From an uncultured Rivularia sp. (GTDB taxonomy: Bacteria > Cyanobacteriota > Cyanobacteriia > Cyanobacteriales > Nostocaceae): a stretch of 64,000 bases of DNA. Both the position numbers and the translations under genes were made by a program. Every line of letters begins with the position of its first letter. Positions within the stretch are counted from its first letter, which is position 1. The stretch covers positions 5,440,001-5,504,000 of the forward strand of contig OY762007.1 of NCBI GenBank assembly GCA_963665115.1, written 5' to 3'. The notes below the pieces were generated by a model. That model ran no database searches, was not told the origin of the DNA, and saw nothing but the letters and a program-made list of their open reading frames with translations. This document shows positions 32,545 through 43,935 of this stretch, in pieces.

Positions 32545-33037
32545 ATGCCACAGCTTCCCAGTATTCCTTTATACGGGTGAAAAAGCGCCATCCTTTAGCG
32601 CAAAAAATCAAGCTGGAGACTTGGTGAAGCTTGAAGATTTTCAATCTAATTGGCTTGTTCTTTACTTTTATCCCAAAGATGACACACCTGGTTGTACTGT
32701 TGAAGCGAAAGATTTCAGCCAATACTCACCACAATTTGATGCTAAGGGAGCTGAAATTTTGGGAGTTAGTCCCGATTCAGAAAAGTCTCACTGCAAATTC
32801 ATTCACAAACACGATTTATCAATTCAGCTTTTAAGCGATCCAGAACATCAACTGTGCGAAGCTTATGGTGTTTGGCAATTGAAAAAGTTTATGGGTAAAG
32901 AATATATGGGTGTTGTACGCTCAACTTTTTTGATTGCGCCTGATGGTAATTTAGCTCATACATGGTCTAATGTGAGAACTAAGGGTCATGTTGAAAAAGT
33001 TCTAAGCAAGTTGCAGGAATTGCTTGCTGGGGTTTGA
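32545..33037 (+). CDS. bcp: Peroxiredoxin Q / bacterioferritin comigratory protein (one-base frameshift near the start)
   Basis: FYPKDDTPGCTVEA, SHCKF and RSTFLI motifs. Removing one T at 32568-32570 gives the expected N-terminus MPQLPSIPYTGEKAPSFSAKNQAGDLVKLEDF. Confidence 0.88.
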
Positions 33038-33276
33038 TTGCTATTGGTTTTCTAAGTAATTGGGTGTTAAATGCGATATTAAAGTGATGCGTATCGCTTT
33101 CATTATCATACCAATAAAAAATTTTAGCGATGACAAACCATAAAGGTACCCGCGCCGTCAATACTACTTTTTGTATTATATGTAATTAGCTTTAATGAGA
33201 ATAAAAATTTAAGCAACTATTTCAACTTCAATGTCAAATATTTGAAGAAGCAGCGTTCCAGATAATCTTCGTACTA

Positions 33277-33471
33277 CTATAAACTGGGAACCAGCTTAAT
33301 TCTACCGGCATCCATTTCAGCCATTAACAGTTCTAATGCTTCATAGTCAACGTCAGATATATAACCCATCTGAGTCAGTTCTGAATTTATTTCATTTTCT
33401 ATTTCGGGAGTTAATTTCTTGATAACCAACGCCCTTTCAACTAATTGACGAATAGCGAACTTAGTTCTCAT
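33277..33471 (-). CDS. Small helical hypothetical protein (64 aa)
   Basis: Amphipathic, protein-like ORF (IRQLVERAL...LTPEIENEI...DYEALELLM...G.I) in an otherwise non-coding spacer. Confidence 0.65.
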   Translation of the reverse strand: MRTKFAIRQLVERALVIKKLTPEIENEINSELTQMGYISDVDYEALELLMAEMDAGRIKLVPSL

Positions 33472-33956
33472 AGTAAGTAACCGTTATGTATTTAATACCA
33501 ATTATCTCAGATATATTTAAGTATAAAACGTGATCCAAGCACTACTTAAGAAGTGATCTAGATCACAGATATAGCGGACAAGTCACTTGCCATCTCAAAA
33601 AGATACAAGCCAATGATTAAGGAAAAAATAAGGATACTTTATATTTAATTAGCCTCTCTCGACTATATTAGGCAAGATTAGGCAAGAATGCTTAAAGGGC
33701 TAATAATCTACAGATATCTTTTTCCATACCCCGGCACGAAGGCATACTGGTTATATAGATTATTTTTGAACTTGAATTAGAAAAAAGTATATTTAGCTAC
33801 TGTTTTCTTAAGTATTGTGACAATCTTTAAACAGAAGTAGTGGAAGGGTGAAGATTCGACAAAGACAGCTAATACGAATGGTCGATGCGATAAAAAAAGG
33901 ATTATGGTCGAATACATCTATCCCTCAAGTAAAGAATATTTGAATAGGATGTAATT

Positions 33957-34283
33957 ATGCAAGCAATACTCGATAATCCTCAAATTACCATTATTCGTCC
34001 GAATGGTTGTTTAAATGCTGTAAATGCCGCAAAACTTGAATGCGAATTGGGTACAGCCCTGAATCAAAGTAATAATACAATTGTATTGATAGACCTCGAA
34101 AAAGTTGATTTTATAGACAGTGCGGGTTTGATGGCATTAGTATTTGGAGTAAGAGAAGCAAAGCAATTAGAACAACGACTTTGTTTTTGCTCGGTTGCTC
34201 CTGCTCACAGAATTATTTTTGAACTTGCTGGTTTAGATAAAGTCTTTGAAATATTTGATGCAGGAAAAACTTTTAATAGTTAA
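33957..34283 (+). CDS. STAS-domain anti-sigma factor antagonist (RsbV/SpoIIAA-like)
   Basis: IDLEKVDFIDSAGL contains the phospho-acceptor Ser; also IFELAGLDKVFEIF. Confidence 0.9.
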   Translation: MQAILDNPQITIIRPNGCLNAVNAAKLECELGTALNQSNNTIVLIDLEKVDFIDSAGLMALVFGVREAKQLEQRLCFCSVAPAHRIIFELAGLDKVFEIFDAGKTFNS

Positions 34284-34454
34284 TATAAACGTCTTAGAAA
34301 GCTGCGAAAAAGTTCCTCTTTATCTTCCATTGAAAATAACTCTCGTAGCTATAAGAGGAAAATTTGAATCACTTTCCTAATACACTGCTACAAATCAATG
34401 CTAATCTTGGAGGTGAGTAGCTGTAATTACTAGAAGTAGCTAGAAAATAGCATA

Positions 34455-37052
34455 GTGTCTATTGCAGTAGATAAATTAATCACGTCGGATATTTCAAAAC
34501 CATCCCGTTACCTGGGTAATGAGCTTTTAGCTAAACATAAACCTTGGGATACGGCGACGATACGCTGGGTATTAACGTACCCAGAGGTATATGAAGTTGG
34601 TGCTTCTAATTTAGGGCATATCATTCTTTACAATATATTGAATGTTCAGCCCCGCCAGTTGTGCGATCGCGCTTATCTACCGGGTGCGGATTTAACGGCA
34701 AAGTTAAGAACGACTCAAACACCTTTGTTTGCGGTAGAGTCAAAGCGAAGTCTAGTTGATTTCGATATTTTAGGTTTTAGCCTCAGTTATGAATTGGGGG
34801 CTACCAACATTTTGGAAATGTTGGATTTGGCTGGCATTCCTTTCACTTGGGAAGAAAGATTGCAGGGAGATTACCCGTTGATTTTTGCGGGGGGACAAAC
34901 TGCTACATCTAATCCCGAACCTTATGCTGATTTCTTCGATTTTATCGCTCTGGGAGATGGTGAAGAACTTTTACCAGAGATTGGTTTAATTTTAGAAGAA
35001 GGTAAAAAAGCGAAGTTAAGCCGTCAGGAATTATTGCTGGATTTGGCACAGGTACCTGGCGTATACGTACCGCAGTTTTACGATATGGCTGCTGACGGTT
35101 CGGTTCATCCCAATCATCCAGATGTGCCGGAGCGGGTTATACGAAGAGTTTCGAGTCCCATCCCAGCTTATTCTATCGGTTTGGTTCCTTATGCAGAAAC
35201 CGTACACGACCGTTTAACGATTGAAATTCGGCGTGGATGTACCAGAGGCTGTAGATTTTGTCAACCAGGAATGTTAACTCGTCCGGCGCGAGATGTAGAA
35301 CCCGACAAAGTTGTGCAAACAATTACAGAGGGGATGCGCCAAACTGGTTACAATGAATTTTCTTTGTTGTCTCTTTCTTGCTCCGATTATTTAGCTTTAA
35401 GTTCGGTAGGAATGGAAATTAAAAATCGTCTTAAAGATGAAAATATTTCCCTTTCTCTACCAAGTCAGCGAGTAGATAGATTTGATGACAATATCGCCAA
35501 TATCCTTGGTGGAACCCGGAAAGGTGGTTTAACTTTTGCCCCAGAAGCCGGTACTCAAAGGATGCGGGATATTGTTAACAAAGGTTTGACGAATGAAGAA
35601 TTATTAAGGGGGGTGAAAACAGCTTGGAAACGAGGTTGGGATAAGGTAAAGCTATATTTTATGATTGGCTTACCCGGTGAAACTGATGTTGATGTAGTAG
35701 GTATCGCTCAAACCGTAAGTTGGCTGAAGCGGGAATGTTGGGCAACAGGTAGAAAGCCCGTGAACTTTAACATCACAATTTCCAACTTTACGCCCAAACC
35801 CCATACACCATTCCAATGGCACTCAGTTTCTACTAGCGAATTTAAACGCAAGCAAGAATTGTTACGTTCTGAATTTCGTCGGATTCGGGGAGTTAAAGTT
35901 AATTTCACCGATGTGCGGATTTCGGCAATGGAAGATTTTGTCGGTAGAGGAGACAGAACTCTTGCGAGCGTGTTACGTCGTGCTTGGGAATTGGGCGCGG
36001 GCATGGATTCCTGGTTTGACAATTTGGATAAAGCTTTTGCAGCTTGGGAGCAGGCGATCGCCGAAGCTGGTTTAGATTGGAAATACCGCAAAGTGCAAGC
36101 TGGCGAGTGGAACGTTATGGAAGGCAGCAGTGTTCCGGAGCGCCTTGATTCGCCACTGCCTTGGGAGCATATAGATACGGGGATTGATAAAAAGTGGCTC
36201 AAAGAAGATTTGCAACGCGCTCTTGATGCCGCCACCGTACCCGATTGTTCCTTTGACGGTTGCTCGCATTGTGGAGTTTGCGGTACCGATTTTGGTCATA
36301 ATGTGGTAGTGGAACCCCCGCCGATTCCGGAATTTGCTGGAGATTTCGTTCCCGATACTACCAAAGCTTTACGATTGCGAGTACGGTTTGGCAAACAGGA
36401 TGATATGGCATTAGTCGGTCATTTAGATTTAATGAGAGTCTTCGATCGAGCCGTGCGACGAGCCAAATTACCAGTATCATTTAGCGGTGGGTTTAATCCA
36501 CAACCAAGGATATCAGTAGCAAATGCTTTAGCCTTGGGAGCTACTAGTAATTCTGAAATTGTAGATTTTGAATTAACGCGCATAATTGATATTGATACTT
36601 TTCAAAGGGATTTAAGTTCTGCATTACCGAACGGCATACCTATATATGATGTAGTGCAGCTAGATTTAAAATCTAAAAGTGCATCACAACTTCTCGAAAC
36701 TGCCGAGTATTTGATTACTGTAAGAGTAGATCGAGAAACAACTTCATCTGAATGGCAAGATTGGATTAATGCAATCAAACAAGCAGATGAAATTTGGACA
36801 CAGCACAAAACCAAGAAAGGTAAAATCAAAAATGTAAATCTGCGCGAACGTTTGTTTGAGTTAGAGCTTGTCGAGACAGCGAAGGTTGAAACGAGCCAAA
36901 ATAATGCTGTCAAATTGCGTTATTTGGGAGCTTGTCGCAATGATGGTACTTTATTGCGTCCGGAACAAATTCCATTTATGCTTGAATCTGTCACAACAAC
37001 AGAATTCGATCTCCTGCACATACATCGGAGCAAGCTAATTTTGGCAGTTTAG
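34455..37052 (+). CDS. B12-binding radical SAM protein (TIGR03960) fused to radical SAM-linked domain (TIGR03936)
   Basis: KPSRYLGNE and RGCTRGCRFCQ (CxxxCxxC), plus a C-terminal GHLDLMRVFDRAVRRA..P..FSGGFNP domain. It lies upstream of rne as in other bacteria. Confidence 0.9.
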   Translation: MSIAVDKLITSDISKPSRYLGNELLAKHKPWDTATIRWVLTYPEVYEVGASNLGHIILYNILNVQPRQLCDRAYLPGADLTAKLRTTQTPLFAVESKRSLVDFDILGFSLSYELGATNILEMLDLAGIPFTWEERLQGDYPLIFAGGQTATSNPEPYADFFDFIALGDGEELLPEIGLILEEGKKAKLSRQELLLDLAQVPGVYVPQFYDMAADGSVHPNHPDVPERVIRRVSSPIPAYSIGLVPYAETVHDRLTIEIRRGCTRGCRFCQPGMLTRPARDVEPDKVVQTITEGMRQTGYNEFSLLSLSCSDYLALSSVGMEIKNRLKDENISLSLPSQRVDRFDDNIANILGGTRKGGLTFAPEAGTQRMRDIVNKGLTNEELLRGVKTAWKRGWDKVKLYFMIGLPGETDVDVVGIAQTVSWLKRECWATGRKPVNFNITISNFTPKPHTPFQWHSVSTSEFKRKQELLRSEFRRIRGVKVNFTDVRISAMEDFVGRGDRTLASVLRRAWELGAGMDSWFDNLDKAFAAWEQAIAEAGLDWKYRKVQAGEWNVMEGSSVPERLDSPLPWEHIDTGIDKKWLKEDLQRALDAATVPDCSFDGCSHCGVCGTDFGHNVVVEPPPIPEFAGDFVPDTTKALRLRVRFGKQDDMALVGHLDLMRVFDRAVRRAKLPVSFSGGFNPQPRISVANALALGATSNSEIVDFELTRIIDIDTFQRDLSSALPNGIPIYDVVQLDLKSKSASQLLETAEYLITVRVDRETTSSEWQDWINAIKQADEIWTQHKTKKGKIKNVNLRERLFELELVETAKVETSQNNAVKLRYLGACRNDGTLLRPEQIPFMLESVTTTEFDLLHIHRSKLILAV

Positions 37053-37109
37053 TAATTTGGGGGCAATTGTAGTTGTCATTGCCCTCTAATTGAACTTCAA
37101 CCTTCTTAA

Positions 37110-37137
37110 TTGATTTTTTACGACCTTGCGCTAGAAT
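37110..37137 (+). promoter_or_regulatory. Putative sigma70-type promoter for rne
   Basis: TTGATT-16bp-TAGAAT just before the structured leader. Confidence 0.4.
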
Positions 37138-37143
37138 TATATG

Positions 37144-37935
37144 AAGAGAAATTATAAGAGCGCTGCAACGGAACGAATTGATTCACTACCCGCTATGTAC
37201 GGGGCGTTAAAGCAATAATATTTTAGAGTGCAACTCGACAATACTGAGGTATTATCTCAGATAAAGCCGACAGCATCCGCAGAGAAGTCTCTCTAGGAGC
37301 GTTTTTTGCAACTAGGAAAGCGGTGAATCAGTTCCGACTCGTAAAGCGCGTGGGTCTAATTGCTTCTCTCACCATTTATGATGGCGGAAATAGTAGAGTA
37401 AGCTCTAATTTTCCAGCTAACAGGGTTCGGATATGTAGAGTCGCATAGGCACTCAAAAGTACCACTTACGGGTAAACTTTTAAAGTCTACTTTGAAACGG
37501 GCAAGGAAGTATGCACCCCTACTTTTGATTTGCTCGCGCAGTCAGCCCGCGTCTTAAGAAGAGGCGCAGTTTCAGTTTCGCACTCGCGAAGATATTCGAG
37601 GTAATACTGCCCGATTATTAGAATAATCTCTTGCATCAGATGCGCGATAGTGTAAAAAAGCAACACTGTAATTGCTTTTTTACCTGACACATTAATTAGG
37701 AAGGGAAAGGTGTAAAAAATTGACCCTTAACGGGCGATTTTATTCATAAAAACATTCAACCGTTTTGATATCGGAGTTGCGTAAACGCAATTCAAGAAGG
37801 TAAATAGCTCGTGTTTTTTTGAGCGAAAGTAAGTGCAATTTTTATTACAGCAGCGCCTTTGAAGGAGGAGACAGGGTAGATTGATGAAAACTCCTCTCAG
37901 TAAGGATTTGAGCTGCCAATTTTTGAGGAAATTGA
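37144..37935 (+). ncRNA. Long structured 5' leader of rne
   Basis: Helices at 37175-37187/37322-37334, 37652-37663/37672-37683, 37774-37793 and 37865-37870/37891-37896. No credible ORF. Confidence 0.55.
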
Positions 37936-40026
37936 ATGCCGAAACAAATTATCATCGCCGAACAGCATCAAATTGCTGCGGTGTTCTCTGAAGACCAAAT
38001 ACAAGAACTTGTCGTAGCTACTGGCCATCACCAAATTGGTGATATTTATTTAGGGGTAGTAGAAAATGTATTGCCTGGGATAGATGCGGCCTTTGTGAAT
38101 ATTGGCGACCCGGAGCGTAATGGTTTTATTCATGTAACCGACCTTGGACCATTAAGGTTAAGACGTTCGTCAGCAGCAATCACGGAGTTATTAACACCAC
38201 AACAAAAAGTTTTGGTGCAAGTGATGAAAGAGCCGACGGGTACCAAAGGACCCAGGCTTACAGGTAACATTACTTTACCGGGTCGCTACGTAGTCTTGAT
38301 GCCTTACGGACGAGGCGTTAATTTATCCCGCAGAATCAGGAACGAAAACGAACGCAACCGTTTGAGAGCCTTAGCAATCTTAGTTAAGCCTGCCGGAATG
38401 GGTTTATTAATCCGTACTGAAGCCGAAGGTAAACCCGAAGAAGCTATTATTGAAGATTTAGAATTTCTGCAAAAGCAATGGGAGTCAATTGGCGAACAAG
38501 CTCAAACCAGCCGTGCGCCTGCCTTGCTCAACCGTGACGATGACTTTATCCAGCGCGTTTTGCGGGATATGTATGGTGCCGATGTAAATCGGATTGTTGT
38601 TGATTCGAGTACTGGTTTAAAGCGAGTAAAGCAGTATTTACAGAATTGGAGCGGCGGACAGGTACCCCAAGGTTTATTAATCGACCACCACCGCGATCGC
38701 ACTGCAATTTTAGAATATTTCCGGATCAATGCTGCGGTAAAGGAAGCTCTGAAACCAAGAGTAGATTTACCTTCTGGTGGTTACATTATTATTCAACCTA
38801 CCGAAGCATTAACCGTAATAGATGTCAACTCCGGTTCGTTTACTCGTTCGGCTACCGCAAGAGAAACCGTATTGTGGACAAACTGCGAAGCTGCCACGGA
38901 AATAGCACGTCAGTTACGGTTGCGTAATATTGCTGGTGTCATTGTTGTTGATTTCATTGATATGGAATCGCGGCGAGACCAGTTACAGGTTCTCGAAAAT
39001 TTTAATAAAGCCCTGAAATCGGATAAAGCTCGTCCTCAAATTGCTCAGTTAACTGAATTAGGTTTGGTAGAGCTTACCCGCAAACGTCAAGGTCAAAATA
39101 TTTACGAACTTTTCGGAGAAACTTGTCCTACCTGTGGAGGTTTAGGGCATATCGTACATTTACCAGGGGAAAACGAATCCCGAGTCGCACCACCACCAGT
39201 AGAAGTACCAGATCGTGTAGTACCTTTACCCCAAAGAGAACCCCGTTTGTCAGCTCCTCGATTGAGCGAACCAAGAGAAATCGTAGATGGATTCGCAGAT
39301 GGTGATGAAGGTGAAGGAGATTTTGCAAACTTAAACTTGGTCAATCATCCGAGCTATCAAGAATTAGGCGATCCGAACAAACGTCGTCGTCGTCGTCGCT
39401 TGGGGATTAATACGGGGAATGGCAAAGATGAACCAAGGATTAATGGGAGTCCGGTAACATTAGTTAATGATGATTTAGATACCGATTCAGAACCAGAACC
39501 AGAACTTAGAAGAACCGAAACACCATCGGCATTAAATAAAGGCTGGAGCGAAAGACCGACGGAACGTACTAGTAGAACTAGAGTCGAATCGGTCAAAGGA
39601 GTACTCGAACCACCAGAAATTGTTTCGGTGGAAATGACTTCGGAGGAACAGGATGTTTACGCTTTAATGGGTGTTACACCTTTAAAGAAGTTGGAGAAAG
39701 ATTTCAAAAATGAAAAATCTGTAATTATCAATGTAGTTCCACCTGGTGAAGATGAAGATGAAGATGAAGATAGCATCTCAGAATCTGAATCATATTCGCT
39801 GACTCCAACTCCAAAGATAGTGAGAATAAACAATGTAGATAATGAAGTTACACTCGAAGAGGAAATAGAAGAAATAGAAGAAGAAGTAGAAAAAGCAGAA
39901 GAAGTAGAGCAACCAGAGCAAGTAGAATCTAATCAAACCATAGATAATACCGAAACCGAAACCGCGACAGTAGATACACGTCGCCGTCGCCGTCGTCGTA
40001 CTTCCTCAGAAGCACCATCTAGCTAG
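37936..40026 (+). CDS. rne: Ribonuclease E
   Basis: S1 domain, TVIDVNSG, DFIDM and the CPTCGG Zn-link. The disordered C-terminus ends in the Arg-rich RRRRRRRTSS motif, a cyanobacterial PNPase-binding-type microdomain. Confidence 0.95.
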   Translation: MPKQIIIAEQHQIAAVFSEDQIQELVVATGHHQIGDIYLGVVENVLPGIDAAFVNIGDPERNGFIHVTDLGPLRLRRSSAAITELLTPQQKVLVQVMKEPTGTKGPRLTGNITLPGRYVVLMPYGRGVNLSRRIRNENERNRLRALAILVKPAGMGLLIRTEAEGKPEEAIIEDLEFLQKQWESIGEQAQTSRAPALLNRDDDFIQRVLRDMYGADVNRIVVDSSTGLKRVKQYLQNWSGGQVPQGLLIDHHRDRTAILEYFRINAAVKEALKPRVDLPSGGYIIIQPTEALTVIDVNSGSFTRSATARETVLWTNCEAATEIARQLRLRNIAGVIVVDFIDMESRRDQLQVLENFNKALKSDKARPQIAQLTELGLVELTRKRQGQNIYELFGETCPTCGGLGHIVHLPGENESRVAPPPVEVPDRVVPLPQREPRLSAPRLSEPREIVDGFADGDEGEGDFANLNLVNHPSYQELGDPNKRRRRRRLGINTGNGKDEPRINGSPVTLVNDDLDTDSEPEPELRRTETPSALNKGWSERPTERTSRTRVESVKGVLEPPEIVSVEMTSEEQDVYALMGVTPLKKLEKDFKNEKSVIINVVPPGEDEDEDEDSISESESYSLTPTPKIVRINNVDNEVTLEEEIEEIEEEVEKAEEVEQPEQVESNQTIDNTETETATVDTRRRRRRRTSSEAPSS

Positions 40027-40042
40027 GTAACATAACTCTTTT

Positions 40043-40721
40043 ATGGTAAATACTGGGCAAGCTATCACTGCAATGGACGCGCCAAAACTCCCCCTCAAAC
40101 AAAATTGGCTAGAATTTTCTACGTATTGCAATCCACAAAGAGGGTTAATTGCAGGTGTAGATGAAGTGGGGAGAGGTGCTTTGTTTGGTCCCTGTGGTAG
40201 CAGCAGCAGTCATCCTACCAAATAGTAATAGTTTGCCCCAACTCCTCACAACCAAAATCAAAGACAGCAAAAAGCTATCTGCTTCTAGAAGAACTCAGTT
40301 AGCCAAGCAAATTATTGATATTGCAATAGACTGGAAAATCGGTTTTGCAACTACGGCTGAAATAGACTCTTTGAATATTTTGCAAGCATCCCTTTTAGCA
40401 ATGAAGCGGGCTGTTCTGAAATTAAAGGTACAGCCCGCACTTTGTTTAATTGATGGAAATCAGCGGATAAAAAATTTTCCCTTACCACAAGAAACAATAG
40501 TTAAAGGAGATTCGCTTTCGCTTACGATAGCTGCCGCGTCTATTCTTGCTAAGGTTTGGCGCGATGAACTAATAATTCGTCTTGCTAACAAGTACTCGAT
40601 GTACGGCTTAGAACAAAACAAGGGTTATGGTAGCAAAAAACATCTATTAGCAATACAAAATTACGGTATCACGCGCTTGCATCGTACATCTTTTCGTCCC
40701 TGCCAAATCGAAGAAAAATAA
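40043..40721 (+). CDS. rnhB: Ribonuclease HII (one-base frameshift)
   Basis: AGVDEVGRG, DSKKLS, KGD...AAASILAKV.RD and KGYG motifs. Removing one C at 40190-40192 gives GPVVAAAVI. The rne-rnhB order is typical of cyanobacteria. Confidence 0.9.
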
Positions 40722-40947
40722 GTACTTGTGCTTTCGTTTGGATAGAAAATTATTGACAGGGAACGGCTATATAACTAAGTAGTAATTGCAATAATGATGT
40801 TGGTTAACTACTTAGCATTCTAATACCATTTATTCTAATAGCTGCTTCTTCAATAGTTGGGATGCTAAAATACCCAAAAAAAGCTCTAAAAGGCTTGAGA
40901 TAAAAGTATTAATACAGTGATTGATTAAAGTTATTAACGCCTTTTCC

Positions 40948-40990
40948 CAGTTACCAATTATCAATTATCAATTACCAATTACCAATTATT
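40948..40990. repeat. STRR (TTACCAA/TTATCAA)n
   Basis: Tandem heptamers. Confidence 0.75.
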
Positions 40991-40999
40991 TAATAGCTT

Positions 41000-41587
41000 T
41001 TATTCAGGCTTGAAAACCTTGAAATCATTATTATCCGGATCGAAGCTGCTATCTTTAGTTTGCAATTCAACCCAATGTCGATAATCAACCAGCAGTTGTC
41101 GTAGCAATCTCTGCTTTATTGTTAGCAACACGCTTTTGAGCAAGCCATTACCAGTAGTTTCCAAAATTGATTTAGGTGTAAAACAAAAAGGTGGCGGTAA
41201 TTCCACCTGCACTTCTAAATTTACTATACCTTTAAGGCGAGTATTTTCATTTGTTTCGTAACTTGATAAATTACCTTTTAAATCAAGCTGAAAACGACGA
41301 TCGATGTATTCTAAACCACGAATTTCACTACGAACTGATTCTAAATAAATTGCTCCATCTGAAGCAGCCCATACTCTCATATCTACAATTGGTTGAATAC
41401 TCAACGACATAAAAGTGAGGGGACGCATTTTTAAACGAAAAACTTCTGTGTTTAGCTGTTCAATCCGGCTCGAATCAGCTAAAGCCTTAACTAAACGTTG
41501 GGGTTGTCGTAAATAATGCTTAATTGGGATAGGCTGATATGGAACGGGAATTTCTACAGATTGACAGGCTTTAAATTTAGTCGCCAT
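41000..41587 (-). CDS. DUF1997-family protein
   Basis: YLRQPQRLV, FRLKMRPL and LETTGNGLLKSVL...KQRL..QL..DY..W. Confidence 0.8.
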   Translation of the reverse strand: MATKFKACQSVEIPVPYQPIPIKHYLRQPQRLVKALADSSRIEQLNTEVFRLKMRPLTFMSLSIQPIVDMRVWAASDGAIYLESVRSEIRGLEYIDRRFQLDLKGNLSSYETNENTRLKGIVNLEVQVELPPPFCFTPKSILETTGNGLLKSVLLTIKQRLLRQLLVDYRHWVELQTKDSSFDPDNNDFKVFKPE

Positions 41588-41765
41588 AGTTAAACGACAA
41601 TAATTTGTCGATAATTGTATTTTTGAACAAAATATAGTTGTTTGTATTGTACAAAACCTATACCCTTTTTAATTATAAAAATTATTGTTACTTTATAATA
41701 TCTATTTTAGGTAAAAATGTATTGTATTCTGTTTGCTATCTTCATTATTAAAGGTTTTGTAAATT

Positions 41766-42635
41766 ATGATATCTATTGCACATTTGGGACCTAGCGGTAC
41801 TTATGCAGAACAAGCAGCTTCATATTACCTTAGTTGGCTGACGAAAAATACTAAAACGGAAGCTTCATTATGTCCTTATCCAAGCATTTTTCAAACACTT
41901 TATTCTGTAGCTAAAGGGCAAGCAGATTTAGCAGTGGTACCTGTAGAAAACTCTATTCAAGGAGGAGTTACTGTTACATTAGATACGCTCTGGCAACTAG
42001 ATAATTTGCAAATTCAGTTAGCTTTAGTTGTACCAATTACTCACGCATTAATTTCTTGTTCGGAAAGTTTAGATAATATAAAAACCGTTTATTCTCATCC
42101 GCAAGCATTAGCTCAATGTCAAAAATGGTTGGAGAAGTTTCTTCCACAAGTACAGTTAGTTCCGAATAATTCCACAACAGAAGCACTGCAAAAATTAGAA
42201 AGTGACAAAGCAGCAGCAGCTATTTCATCGCTTAGAGCCGCGCAACTATATAATTTACCCGTACTTGCAAACGGTATTAATGACTACCCGGAAAATTGTA
42301 CTCGTTTTTGGGTAGTTAGTCAGCCTGGTAATTGTCCCACCCACGAAATATTGAACAATACTGCCTTCTACACTTCATTAGCGTTTAGCGTACCGGCAAA
42401 TTTACCTGGTGCATTAGTTAAACCATTACAAGTTTTTGCCGAGCAAAATATTAACCTTAGCAAGATTGAATCGCGTCCAACTAAACGTTCTTTAGGAGAA
42501 TATTTGTTCTTCATGGATCTAGAAGCAGACGTTTCCTCTACTAAAATGCAATCTGCTTTAACTAAATTATCCAATTATACGGAAATTCTGAAAATTTTTG
42601 GTAGCTATAATGTTTTACCAACTGAATCGTTGTAA
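41766..42635 (+). CDS. pheA: Prephenate dehydratase
   Basis: LGPSGTY, PVENS, SHPQALAQC, NCTRF and the ACT-domain motif NLSKIESRP. Confidence 0.93.
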   Translation: MISIAHLGPSGTYAEQAASYYLSWLTKNTKTEASLCPYPSIFQTLYSVAKGQADLAVVPVENSIQGGVTVTLDTLWQLDNLQIQLALVVPITHALISCSESLDNIKTVYSHPQALAQCQKWLEKFLPQVQLVPNNSTTEALQKLESDKAAAAISSLRAAQLYNLPVLANGINDYPENCTRFWVVSQPGNCPTHEILNNTAFYTSLAFSVPANLPGALVKPLQVFAEQNINLSKIESRPTKRSLGEYLFFMDLEADVSSTKMQSALTKLSNYTEILKIFGSYNVLPTESL

Positions 42636-42898
42636 TTATGGCTATTGTCGTCAAATCAGCATAATAGCTGCTAAAAAACCGTAATTATTAAAAGGGAATT
42701 GGGAATGGGGAACAGCGACTATTTGCAGTTGGAATAATTTTATTAATTTATTAATTTAAACAAGCATATTTTCAACATAAAAGTAAGCTCAATTTTCTAC
42801 CTATTAAACAACTATAGTTTTCCACTACTTTCTATGCTTTGCTGCTAAAACTATTTATTATTTTTTACTTTTTCACACTATTCCCTACTCCCTATTTA

Positions 42899-43550
42899 TT
42901 AAGACTTTTGATCTAATGTATCTTTAAGTACAGTGCGAGCTGCTAAATGGTTGCGAGTTGAAGTTAAAATTTCTGTTTCTCGTTCTAAACGAGCGGCTGT
43001 ATCTTGCATTTCTAATAATGACTGTTGCTCTGGAGCTACGCGGTAAAGGTTGCTTGCTACCCAATAAGATAATTCTTTTGGTAGAGCTGGTAAATCTTGC
43101 GGTAACTCGATATTTTGTTCGGTCAATTTGGCACTTAAGCGCACTACGTCACGCAGTAGCTGTTCTACTTCAGATGCTTCATGTCGTAAATCTTTAGTCG
43201 GTTCTTCGTCATCAATCCATTCGACTAACCCAACAAAATAAGGCTTTTCACGAACATATTCTAAAACACGGAACCTTTGCTGTCCCAAAGTTAGCATTTT
43301 CATTCGGTCATCTTTCAAACGTTGATGATGAATAATTTCCGCGCAACAGCCAACATTAGCAACAGTACCCTTTGCTTGGTCAACCATCAATACACCGAAC
43401 CTGCGATCGCTATCCAAAATCGTGTTCATCATGATTCGGTAGCGGAATTCAAAAATATGTAGTGGTAACGGGCCTGGTAGGAAACAGAACCACATCCGGT
43501 AAAGGGAAGAGAGGTATTTCGCGAACTGCAATTCTAGAGGAGGATGTCAT
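42899..43550 (-). CDS. LON peptidase substrate-binding (N-terminal) domain protein (one-base frameshift)
   Basis: Removing one base at 43470-43472 gives MTSSSRIAVREIPLFPLPDVVLFPTRPLPLHIFEFRYR from ATG 43550. Confidence 0.85.
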
Positions 43551-43814
43551 ATTTACCGTGATATATAACTGTACTAATATTTGTACTACTTATAAAAGTA
43601 TTTTTGCCGAGACGAACGGCAGTCATTAATATAATTATGTCATTAAGAGCAATAATGTAGTCTGCCAAGCTGGTATTACTTCCCAACACAGAGCCTTTAT
43701 TCGCTGTGTGTGGGTTTGCGATCGCAATGGAAATTTAGTTCCGCGTAAGTTTTTTATTTGTGAAAAAACCCGTATATTCTTTATATTTTACCGTAAAGTC
43801 GTTTTGCAGCGAAT

Positions 43815-43843
43815 AAAAAGCCCTTAGAAATTCGTCTAAGGGG
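43815..43843 (-). terminator. Rho-independent terminator of the str operon
   Basis: The minus strand reads CCCTTAGACGAATTTCTAAGGG-CTTTTT downstream of rpsJ. Confidence 0.65.
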
Positions 43844-43935
43844 ATGACCGTATCTATTAACACGCTTGTATTTCTTATTAATTGTTGTTTTTGGATTAAT
43901 TATTTATCGAAATACAATTAATCCTTAATCAATAA

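Noticed and set aside
39357..40020. Acidic and Arg-run low-complexity tracts in rne as insertions
   Set aside because: These are expected features of the disordered cyanobacterial RNase E C-terminal region.
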